From positions 4,733-58,273 of the forward strand of contig JAAOMT010000405.1 in the NCBI GenBank assembly GCA_016748015.1: a stretch of 53,541 nt of DNA, read 5' to 3'. The DNA is from Geosiphon pyriformis uo1. Its lineage: Eukaryota > Fungi > Glomeromycota. Shown piece by piece: positions 1 through 11,050 of the stretch (position 1 is the stretch's first letter; the number at the start of each line of letters is the position of its first letter). The position numbers were made by a program, and so were the translations under genes. The notes under the pieces were generated by a model. That model ran no database searches and was not told the origin of the DNA. It saw only the letters and a program-made list of their open reading frames with translations.

Positions 1-18
1 ATCCCAAAACAAAAACAC

Positions 19-113
19 ACGTATAAATTTTCTTTTGTAAGACTGCTGATCACTGCCATCTGACGTCATGATGGCGATTTGATCAGTAGTCTTACAAAAG
101 AAAATTTATATGT
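19..113. repeat. Long inverted repeat / hairpin (34-bp arms, inner 6-bp stem, TGACGTCA centre)
   Basis: 19-52 acgtataaattttcttttgtaagactgctgatca pairs with 80-113 with only two G:T positions; inner gccatc/gatggc stem. Confidence 0.9.
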
Positions 114-162
114 TATTCAAACAAGTGTCTCATTTTTTTATTATGTATGGATCCACATCTAT

Positions 163-1170
163 AGGTTTTTATTAAGCTCAATTAATTCAGCATTATTTAC
201 ATAAAACCAGTATTATTTGAATTTTTTGAGAGTTTTTTCACTGAAAGAGATATAGATGACAATACATTAAGTTCTTAATGAATACTTATTGATTTATTAT
301 TAATTGTATCTAGTTTTAAAGCATTTTGATTAAATGTTCTTAATTATTTGCACAACCTTGAAACATTAGAGAAACCTTATCTAAATCGATTTGTGGATCC
401 AATAATCAATACAGCACTTTAGATATTTGGGAGAAGAAACTATATTTAGTAGTTTTATTGATTTAATTTTTAATATTGTAAAAAGCATTTCTGGTTATAA
501 TAATCAATGTGTTTATATGATTTCCATAGTGGTGAAATTCATTTACAAATAGAAAAATTATGTATTTGTGCAGATAGAATAGGCTATATAAACAATGTTA
601 CAAATTATCTTCTGATTTGTGGTGAAAAAGCAAGACCTAAGACTTTTAGAAAAAAGCAAGATAAAGATAATATAAAGAATGTCATTAGCATGATCTGTCT
701 TTACAATAATATTATTATTGGAAAAGCAAATACTTGACATCAATTGTTTGCTAATTTGCAAATTTATGAATTGACAACAACATTAAAGTATTATTAATGA
801 TGCTTGACTTTTATGATATGAATTATAATATAATGTTTTAAACTAAGTATAGACATAATCTCTTAACATATTTGAATATTTTTTTTAGATGCATATAGAT
901 TATTCAAAATTGATTACTATTTTCTACCAAAAGACTGGTTAGATATACCTAAATTTGTGTACATGTATAAGGCAGTTATAAAGTGAGTAATAAATATATA
1001 ATTTTATATATTTATTGCTGAATAATAATATTTACATCAATCTAATCACAAAATATTTTGCTAACAGTTGTATATCTGCTTAACAAAAGCTAGTTTGATT
1101 GCAAATAGAAAAAAGAGGTGTATAACACATTATTCTAAAATACAAATTACTAAAAAATTAGCACAAATTA
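163..1170 (+). pseudogene. Degraded intron-containing gene of unknown family
   Basis: Collinear peptide pieces (LEKPYLNRFVDPIINTAL; CADRIGYINNVTNYLLICGEKARP; YRLFKIDYYFLPKDWLDIPKFVYMYKAVIK) separated by AT-rich segments ending ttttag (~888) and gctaacag (~1067), with a gtgagt donor at ~983; internal stops. Confidence 0.4.
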
Positions 1171-2359
1171 GAAATTTGGAAATTTGGCTTAATAATTAAC
1201 TTAATAAATATTTTAGTATTCTGTTGTGAAATAAGTATGTTTATTTTGAAAATTTTTCTTTGAACTTTATTATTTAGATATTGAATTTTTTAAAAAATAA
1301 AAAATTTTTATATCAACATTAATATTCAAGCACAAAATATACAGATCTATTTTAGTTCTCCTTTTTTTTGTTTTCTCATTTCTATTAAGCCTATTAAAAG
1401 ACTCTCCAATTTCAGTTATTTCAAATTCTACTGTCATTACAAATAAGAGTGGTAAGAATAAGAACAGATTTGGCAACAGAAATATTAGAAGTGATATTGG
1501 GAACAATAATGATAGTAGGATTGAAAATAATAATGATAATAAAGTTTGAAGCAAAAATAATAATATGATTGAAAATAACAATCATAATAAAATTGACAAA
1601 AAGCCTTAAGAAACTATCATTTACACTAAGTAGTATTTAATCTAAAGTGTACTTATGTAATCTTTTTTAATTACTTATTTTATGTCAAATCACTTTTTTT
1701 CTCAATCAGACTCTTTATTGTTTAAGGAAAAAAATTATATTTGAGTCTAGAATTAAAGAATTTTTTTTAGTCAGCAATGAATATTATATTAATTAAATAG
1801 GTTAGAAAAAAATACATAATATTATTTCATAAAATAGAATTAGTTTTTAATATTTATTTAAAAAAAAATTTCAATAAAAATTTACAAACATTTGTATTAT
1901 TTTATTTATTTTGCCGAAGGGTTTTTAATTTTGACAATATGAAACATAATATGATTAATTATTGTTACTAGTGGTTATAACTAAGAGTTTTATAATTTAT
2001 TAAATTTGGGAAACTTCTAATTTTTCATTACCTTTTTAGATAACACTAAATTTTAAAAAAATAGCATCATTGTCATAATTTTTGGTTGTCTTGTTTAATC
2101 ATCTCTAAACTATTTACATATCCTTTAAAAACAAAAGAAAAAGAAATTTTTAATGTCTTTTTTTTCATTAAAATTTTATGTTTTCTTATTTAAATAAATA
2201 ATTATCTTCAAATTGTTAAAGGAAACAGAACTTAAAAAAAAATTTGATTAGAAAAAAAAGATTAAGATTTGAACCTTATTTAGAAAAATTGTTATTATAT
2301 TTCAATTAATAAAAAAAATTTGTACATTATTATTTATTCACATAAATTTATTTCCATAA

Positions 2360-3010
2360 ATAACATTAACTAGTTTAGATCTTCTGGCACCTCTTTTTTT
2401 AACAATAGCCCATAAGTTTTCAGTTAAATTTAAGTTAGGTAAATTGGCAAGCCAATTAATAACATCATAGATATTTTTAGCAATAAATGTCTGAGCAATT
2501 TTACATTTATACTTTGGATTATTATCTTATTAAAACCATCATTTAAGTTCTAGTATTTTTTTTAATTTTAGAGAAATAGATATGGAAAATTTCAATGTAA
2601 AATTCACTATTTATTATACTAGTAAACAAAATAAATTAGGTTTTTCTCCTCTATAAAAACTACCAAACAAAAATTTTTTTTTAGTCTTTTGATAATTACA
2701 AACTTTTATACCAATGTTTTAATATGTTCTTAAATAAACAAAATACTGTTTTATTTGTAAATACAGTTTAGTTTTTATTGTTATTTAAACATTAGTAAGC
2801 ATATTCTATGCAGTTTTTTTTATGCTTATTTGTAAGCATCAGTTTTGCTAAAGAAAAGTTTTTTTGATATCTAAGAAATTTTAAATATCTTTTTGTTGTT
2901 TTGTAAAATATATTTATATCAGTTTTTAACAAATTTGTTGTCAAAGTTTTTGTTTCTGTTGTATTTTACTTGTATTTTATATGCTGTTATTTCAGAAATA
3001 TAAGACAATT
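2360..3010 (-). pseudogene. Tc1/mariner-type (DD34E) transposase relic
   Basis: Minus-strand translation WF**DNNPKYKCKIAQTFIAKNIYDVINWLANLPNLNLTENLWAIVKKR matches the Tc1 motif QQDNDPKH...WPxxSPDLNPIENLW; upstream MLTNKHKKNCIEYA..TVFTNKT matches the LTxxHxxxRxxWA..xFSDE region. Confidence 0.8.
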
Positions 3011-3559
3011 TATTGTTGTATTTTTTGCTTGGATGGTAGCAACATTGCTTTTCTGGGCCAGCTTCTCTACCAGCAGTATACAAATATAGTTAGAGTGACT
3101 GGAACTTTCAACATTATGAGAAATTTTTTCTGACAACATCGTTCTTCTAGGCCAGCTTTTCTAACCAACAATATACTAATATTGTAGCATTTGCTGTGAA
3201 ATTATCACTAGATGTAAATTATAGAAAAGACTAAATATGGAATGTACCAATCTGTGATAAAACTTCTAATACTCTTATTCTTTATTCAAAATCAGTTATT
3301 TTTGTTAATGAGAAATTTATTGCATGTTTTGCTAAGTCTTTAACAAAAAATAGTAATTGTAAAGCTGTTCTTTTTTTTTTAGATAAATGATAATAGCAAA
3401 ACATATAGCATTAAGAGAGCTTTCCAAAAAAAGTTTAACATGTTAATAATAAATAGTTTGTCAAAATAATGCAAATAATAATGAAGCAACAAATATACAT
3501 AATATAGATATACTGTTCTTTTAAAATGTTTTTCTTTACCCATTTCAGATATAGAAACT

Positions 3560-3935
3560 TGATCCAATTCAGTAAACTTTATTACAGCCTTCTGCTACAG
3601 CCCACTCAACTAACACAATATTATTAAACTTGAACAAAGCTGAAATAATTGCTTTCTTAAAAGCATCTATGGGAATTTTTTTGATGATCACCACTCAATC
3701 TAAATGTACTTTTTGTTTTTTAAGATTACTGTTTACCAAGATTCTTTTATCTGCAGCCAATAATAATTTTTTGAAATTTTAAAAAAGTGATAATTCTTCT
3801 AAAACTATATATAGTTAAAAATAACTTTTTGATTATTTATGACATTTTTTCTTTTAACAACTAAAAAATTAATATCCAAAACAAAATATTTTTTTCAATT
3901 TTTTTTAATTACTTTAAAAACAGACTGTTTTTATT
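3560..3935 (-). pseudogene. Old LINE ORF1 fragment (same superfamily as copies A-E)
   Basis: FVLDINFLVV..IIKKLFLTIYSFRRIITFLKF..ILVNSNLKKQKVHLD*VVIIKKIPID..L*QKAVIKF aligns with ORF1 of the other copies. Confidence 0.7.
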
Positions 3936-4141
3936 ATTAATATTAAATTTTTATGTTTTTATTTTATTTTTTATTTAATAAATATAATTTATTTGCTATT
4001 TATTTTTATTTTTTTTATTAACTTTTAACAAGTGAGGCCTAAAAGCCATTTAGTGCAATACATTAAACTAAGTGATTTAAACTAGGTGCTAATTATGTAC
4101 TTTCTACACATGACCAGCCACTTGGACCAATCAAAGCAACA

Positions 4142-7100
4142 CTACGAATTTATCAGAACAGAAACTATATTATTTATACCAGGAAAAACAGCAATGTTTA
4201 CAAAAACCAAAGCAAACACTAACTGCCTCAGCAATCCCAAGCAACCTAATCACTCCAGCAGAAAACATACATGACAAACCATGAGTCACAGGATACACAA
4301 AACCATCAAGTAGAATCAAACCACCTTTTTCCATCAAAGTCTTATATTTAGTCCTAACTAACCAAATATTCATATGGTGAGCAGCACCCAATTCTTAAAC
4401 AAAATCAACAATAAACTTTCCCACAATCTTAGCATTACCCAAAATAGATAAAGCTTTCTGAATCCAATCTCTGAACACAAAGTCTTTGCTTACAGTAGTA
4501 TACAACATATCATCAATTGTATATAGAGAAAGCATCTGTAAGACACAAGATAATTGTAAGCCCAGTTCAGAAACACAATGCGACTTGGCCAAATGAGACT
4601 TGAAAATGCTTTTATGAGCATCAGAGTCAAATGTACAAACAAAGGAGTGGTTGGAACTTTCCACTTTACCACAGTGCAAACATGAGACACTTGGGTAGAT
4701 TTTATTATACAAATGCTTCTGTATAGCAACCAGGAGATGGCAGTGAAGAGCCTTTAAAAAATAAAAGCACAAACCAGTTGTAGATTTACTAATAAAGCCA
4801 GTTGCTATATGGGAGTCAGGGTGCTACACCAAAGCAGTACGAAACCAGTCCACATTACCACATAAACTATCATCAATAACATCAAAACCAGAACCAACCT
4901 CCCAATGAGCATGATAAACAGACCTGAAAATCTCATGGGCAAATAATAAATGTTTCCAGACACTGTCACCCCACCAGCCTTGATAAATTTCTCCTTAACC
5001 AAAACAAGAAGTGCCAAAGAAAAGTTTGCTGCCAGACCAGCTAACTCATCAGTATGCTCATTACCTATAACACCTGAATGTTCTTTTATTTTATGCCAAG
5101 AAACATCAAGCCACTTTTCCCTAATTAAATTGATAATGCTATGCTGCTCCATCTAGCAGCAGTTGTGAAAATCTGGAGATACCAGAGCAGATTCAGCCAC
5201 ACATGTATTTAAAGCAGCCTGACTGTCTGAATAAACCACCATTGAACTGTCAGAGGAAACACACTCCAAAGCCAAAGCAATTGCCTGCAGTTCCGTCATA
5301 GTCGAAGACACCAATCCACCAACCTTAGCACTAATATCCAAATTCAGATCCAAGAAGTAAGCAGCAGCACCACACTTCATTTTACATGAACCCAAATCCC
5401 TTAATGATCCATTAGTGTAAACACTAACATTTCTTATATTCACAAAAGAGAGATACTGGCCCAATCTAGAAACTGCACTCAAGCTGCAAACATTCATAGC
5501 CTACAAACCTTCAACACACAAATCATCAGAAAGAGAAAATCGAACCAAAAAGTCACAAACCAAAGTAAACTAACAAGGGACAGGGCCTCTTGGATCAAGT
5601 TTTTTCCAATGACAGAAGGTTTTCCAATCGAAAATCAAATCTTTTTTGGTATATAACTGCTTGGCAAAAGTGACCCAAAACTTTTTGAGAAAAGAAAAAA
5701 TATTATAAAACAAAGAAACTCCTAGGATGGTAGATATCAGTGTCTCACCAAGAAAGCGGAATGCAGAAACAGAGAAATTGTCAAGGGACATGTCATAGTC
5801 CAAAAAAATCTTAATGACACCTGTCAAAAAATTATTGACCAGACTAATACACAATCTAATCAGACAACATAGAGGGTGAATAGGTGACCAACCCAGAACC
5901 TGAAAATCCAGAGACCTATGATTAAACAAACGACCAAGAACACCACCAGCATTTGAGAAACACAATACAGAAGCCATCTTGTACTTAGTCTGCAACTGCT
6001 CAAAAGATTTTAAGCCATACAAAGAAGGATGGTAAAGAGCCTTATTGGGAAAGTTTTTCAGAAGACCAGTCTTAAGTTTCAACTCTCTCTTAATCAACAT
6101 ATCTCATTTCATACACACATTCCTAAAAACAAAGCTGAACTGAGTTTTATAACTAACAATAGGTTGTAATATAGCCAACACTAGATAAAGAAACTGTTTG
6201 TCTGAAATAGCTTTTTTAAGAACCAAATTGACAAAAAACCTGACATTTGTATATGCCTTAGCCAAACTGGGTTTGGACAAACTCTCAGATGACAAATAAA
6301 TGCCAAGATACTGATAAGACTCCTTTTTGCGAGCAATTAAAATCAGCAGATCACTAATTGACAATGATGTATTATTAACTCTCTGATTGATTGGAATGGC
6401 TACAGTTTTTTTGTTATTGATAGAAATGTTGTTCACTCTGAAAAATTCACTTACTGTGTTCAAGATATACTGAGTGACAACCTGACTGCTACCCACCTAA
6501 ATAGTATCATTTACAAATGCACTAACAACCAGAAACAAAGTCAAACTGCTTTGGTGTTCTATCTTACCTGTTCTAATTACAAACTTAGTATCAATACAGT
6601 ATCTACACAAACTTTTTTGTCTCTTGACCTTACACAGAAGGGGGTTGTAAAAAATTCTCTACAGCAAAGGAGAGAAGATCTCACCTTGATCAAGACCATC
6701 ATGCACCCAATACTCATTAATAAAACCAAAATCAGTTATAACCCAATTAACACAGTCATTGTGAATAGAGCCAAAAAACCTAATAAAATGCCTGCACATT
6801 TTGATCCAAACCAAACTATTATGCAAGTGATGTCAACTCACAGAGTCATAGGCTTTATGCATATCTTGTAGTACAAGCCAAAGTTTATGATCCTTCTTCA
6901 AAGCATCTTTTACAACCAAACCAATGGCAAAAATAGGAGACTAAGTAGTAATGCTCTTAAGCACAGAAAAATTGTCCCCATAAAGTACATTGAATAGACC
7001 ACACACTAACAAAATTCTGTCAGACAGCAACTTAGAAAGAATCTTACAAGCAGTCTCAATTAAAGTGATTGGTCTAGTATTTGTTAAGATACTCTTCCAC

Positions 7101-8821
7101 TCATAGGGCTTGGGAATTATTAACACCCAAGCTTCTTTCCAACAGCAGGGAACTGACTCACACACCAAACAAATGTTCAAAAGATCCAGAAGCAAGCCTA
7201 GCACAGAACTATCACAATGTTTCCAAAGTTCATTTGAAATGCCAGACAAGCCAGCAGCTTTATTATCTGGTAAATCCTTAATTACATGCATCAAATTATC
7301 CAAATTAATAGCATCTATCACACCAAAAAAAGCATCATTGTTGACATAATCCAATGGCAGATATTGACACTGCCACAAATCAAGAACACTTTTTAGCACA
7401 GCTCTCTTTTTCATCCAGCCCTCCATGATACTATCCATCTTATTCTTAATTTCTACTGGGTTCAAAATCAAACTACCATCAAAAACCAAATAATCCAACA
7501 CTACTTTGTGGAATAAACATTCCAAAACATTATGAATTGTGTGGTCTTTGTTGACCACAAAACTTTTCATCCTTTTTTCAATAGCTAATCTAATGCCCAA
7601 TTCCTCAGCTCACAAAAATTTGGCAAGCTTAGAAGCACAATAAGACCTTCTCACACCACAAAGAGCAGAATAGACACAATCCAAACTTGCACCAGAACTC
7701 ACAAAATCCCAAACAACAGAAGCTTTGTTACTATCTATAGAAATTTAGCATCTTAACAGAGACTCAAACCTGCCAAAGCCCACTTCGCAAGAAGTCTTGA
7801 CAATTTTCGAAACCAAAATCTCCAAGTTATGCAACTTGGAAGACTCTTTAATAAACACTCCATTATAACCCTTAAACCATTTTTTCTTGAAAGCACTATT
7901 AGCTGAAAAGATTATTACTTTGTAAACAATATTCCATATAGCATCCAGATCAGAACACTTCCTGGCTAACACAAACTCATCCAAGAACATGGCAGCATTG
8001 GCTATAATAGTGTCTTTAAATTCATTTCATTTTGCTTTATCTGCACTTTTGACATCAAATTTCTAGTGATCCTTATTCGCCTGCTTATGTATTGAACCCA
8101 AATGGATATTGAGCAAACCACCCAAATCCACAGAAGCATAAACAGCTTTGTAATTAGTATCAAAATAGTCCTCAACATCAGCCACACTACCATCTACTAT
8201 AGCATTGACCAAATATAAAGAAACAAGAATGTAATTAAGAACTTTAGTGATACCATGAGAATTGGTTCACATAGGCATTTTAACAAACAAACTTCCTCTT
8301 AAAGAATCAACTAAATTCAAATCAAAACACTTCTTAAAGCTAGCACACTTCTGGGCCCCATCTTTATTAAAATTACCATCCAAAATAATAAAAGAGGACT
8401 TATTCACTGCCTTTGCAATAAGAAAGTTGATTTCACCAGCCTAAGAAAACTGAACCACCAATAAAGCACCAGCATAGAATCCCAAAATTGACACAGAAAG
8501 ATTATTTTTGAAGAGTAATTTGAAGAAGAGGAGTCGACCGGAAACCTTGAAAATCTTACATACATGTCTTGCCAAAGAATTGTTCATAATAATCACAACA
8601 CCAGAACACAAATGACCAGAGTCCAAACCAGATATGAAAACCCAGACATTATCAAATTTATTCATGATCCATGAGTGGATCTTGCCTCTTAACTTAGTTT
8701 CAGTTATAATAGAAATCATATTGTTTATCTCTTTATGCCAATGAATTACATCATCCTGTTTTGCAGAATTATTCAAACCCTTAACATTGCACATGACAAT
8801 CTTCCAAACTAGACTGGTCAT
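4142..8821 (-). pseudogene. LINE A ORF2: APE endonuclease - RT - RNase H - CCHC finger
   Basis: MTSLVWKIVMCNVKGLN/ETKL (APE), KAAGLSGI/LIPK/RPITL (RT), VYTNGSL..ELQAI..SDSQ..HSGVIGNEHTD (RNase H), CLHCGKVESSNHSFVC. Confidence 0.9.
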
Positions 8822-10700
8822 TAAGAAGGAGTTTTGGAAAGTGCACTGCCAGCCAAAATTGAACCATCAAATCTTGCTGTAAGACTTAGAACCAAAGCAG
8901 AAAGTCTTTCCAACATGTTTTCTAATTTTTTTACTTCAGAAGAAGCAGAAGAGTCCAAAGTTGCAGCAGTTTTACCATTTGTGGCCTTACCCAAACCCTT
9001 TTCCATCACTATATTATTAATTCAATTTTGTGATGGAGGGGGGTCACCAGCAGCTGACATCCAGGGCTAAACTGGAAAACTGCCAGCATGAATGAGTTCA
9101 ACTTTTTAGCCAACTCACTAATTTGTCCTGCAAGACTGGCAAGACTGGCAAGACTGCTTTCCAAAACAGCAAACCTTTTTTCAACATTACTTATATCAGG
9201 GAAGGTAGGCTTTATCTTTAAAGAGGAGCCAGAATTGATCAACACTTTTTACACAGAAAGAGGGAGAAAAGCATTTCCACCAACAATTTTTGCCCAAAAA
9301 ACTCCACCAAAAGCAACAGGATGAGCAATCAGAGCCAAACACTTGGCATAGATGGTTGCCAACCTGCTTTTATTTATGTCTAAGAAAGGTTGCGAAAAAA
9401 TTTTCCAGAGGAGAAATTCTCACCTATAACACAGCCAAAAATATATGACTTAATCTCCCACACTCAGCACATTTAGAAAAACCCAAAGAAAACCAACACA
9501 TATTCACATTCCTTAAAACTGAAGTAATTTCCATGACAGCATTTAAGGAATCAGCCGATTCAAAACAAACAACAGCATATCTGGCCTAAGCATATGTAAT
9601 AGGATAACAATCTATTGTACATGTTTTTCCACCCACAGAGCCAATATAATCTTAGATGTTATGAACAGTTATTCCTATTGGCAAAGTATAGAGCAAAGCC
9701 TTATGTTGATCTTTTGTGTTTCATGATTCCTTGTCTCAATCAGCCCTGGCCACATGCACAGCATCTTTCCCAATCAGAATAGACCAACAAGCAGTGACTA
9801 AATCAGTCTGTTCACTCTTACTAAATTCAACTATAGCCTTCTGCCACAAACTCACCAACTGCATTTTGATTGACACCATTACACCAAAACCAGATAGTGC
9901 AGCATGCACAGCCTCAGTTGATGTTCCAATAGGAATTTTCTTTAATACCACAGCCCAATCTAAATGCCTAAATGATTTTTTGAGATTGGAATTTACCAAG
10001 ATTTTTGCTTCTTTAGCTTTTTTAGAAGCCTGCACCAGACTTAATTCAGAAGTGAACATCACTCTGATGATCTCAGCAAATTTTGAGAGGGTAGAGGCCC
10101 TCCTAAAACCATTGATTTTTAAAAACAATTTCCTGACAACCACAAACTTTTCTTCAGCAGATTTCTCAACAATATTATCTAAGTTGATGTCCAAAATAAA
10201 AGACTTTCTAACAGAAACATTGACCAAGTTTTTCAAAGGGGGAGGGAAAACCACAGGTTTGTCCAAAAGTATATTATCAATATTATCATCCAAGAAGTTA
10301 ATTTTCCCCAGTGGCTTCCCAAGTGCTCTTTTGATATGAATTCTCGAACTTTTAGATGTTTGCTCTGAGTCTTTTCTAATAAAGGCTCCACCATCTCCAT
10401 GGTCAAAACTGATTTTCTCAACTAAACATTCCTCTTTTATATCTATACTATCAGACTCAGTAGTATCACTGGTTTTAGAACTCCAAGAATGATTACTTAA
10501 CACTTTAGCAGCAGCAAATTTTCAATTACCAATATTATCTTTTAAAACACCACCTCTTCTCTTTTTTCTGGACTTAGCAGACTTGACACCAATGTTAAAG
10601 CTAGGCTTCATAATTGACTTGTTTAGAACTGCAATACTAGGATTAATGGTGACCTTGTAGTCAAGCACAAATGATTTGGAATTAGCATACTGAATGATGA
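8818..10700 (-). pseudogene. LINE A ORF1 (RRM-like nucleic acid chaperone)
   Basis: ORFs 10522-10782, 9736-10503, 9009-9245 and 8821-9009 are collinear with ORF1 of copy D. Confidence 0.85.
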
Positions 10701-11050
10701 AAATAGAAAAAACTTCTTTCAAAAAATATTTAGGCTTTTTTTTGAAAATTTGAGATGAATAAAAGAAAGAAGTTTTTTTCACTATTTAATATAATATAAT
10801 AAATTAAAAATTTAAATTAAATATAAATTAAATATTTATACATATAATTAATTATTTAAACCAATTAAAATTATATTATATATTTATATATATTAATATA
10901 TTATAATCTAAATAAAAAAAAAACAAATATAATATATACTTTAAAAATATTAAATAAATATATTATACTATAAAATAAAATTAACAAAAAACTTTTTTCT
11001 CTCCTATGTCTAAAATTCCCCAAAGAGCCTGTTTCTGAAAAAGAAGTTTT

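Larger units (their letters stand above)
4003..10781 (-). mobile_element. Non-LTR retrotransposon (LINE) copy A, full length, heavily decayed
   Basis: ORF1 and ORF2 remnants, shared 3'UTR and A-rich tail at ~4003-4140, shared 5' inverted repeat at 10706-10780; possible short TSD ctattta (3996-4002 / 10782-10788). Confidence 0.93.

Noticed and set aside
1270-1581. 103-aa hydrophobic 'membrane protein' ORF (also 29875-30126, 32859-33113, 48734-48919)
   Set aside because: Artefacts of low-complexity or T-rich antisense strands
9130-9157. gcaagactg x3 repeat in LINE A; 12-bp deletion at ~14950 in LINE B; aaaatagattt duplication at ~29780
   Set aside because: Copy-specific replication slippage events with no sign of function
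9716-10339. 207-aa antisense ORF and the many other short antisense ORFs over the LINEs
   Set aside because: Codon-aligned shadows of the sense ORFs; length and start not conserved between copies
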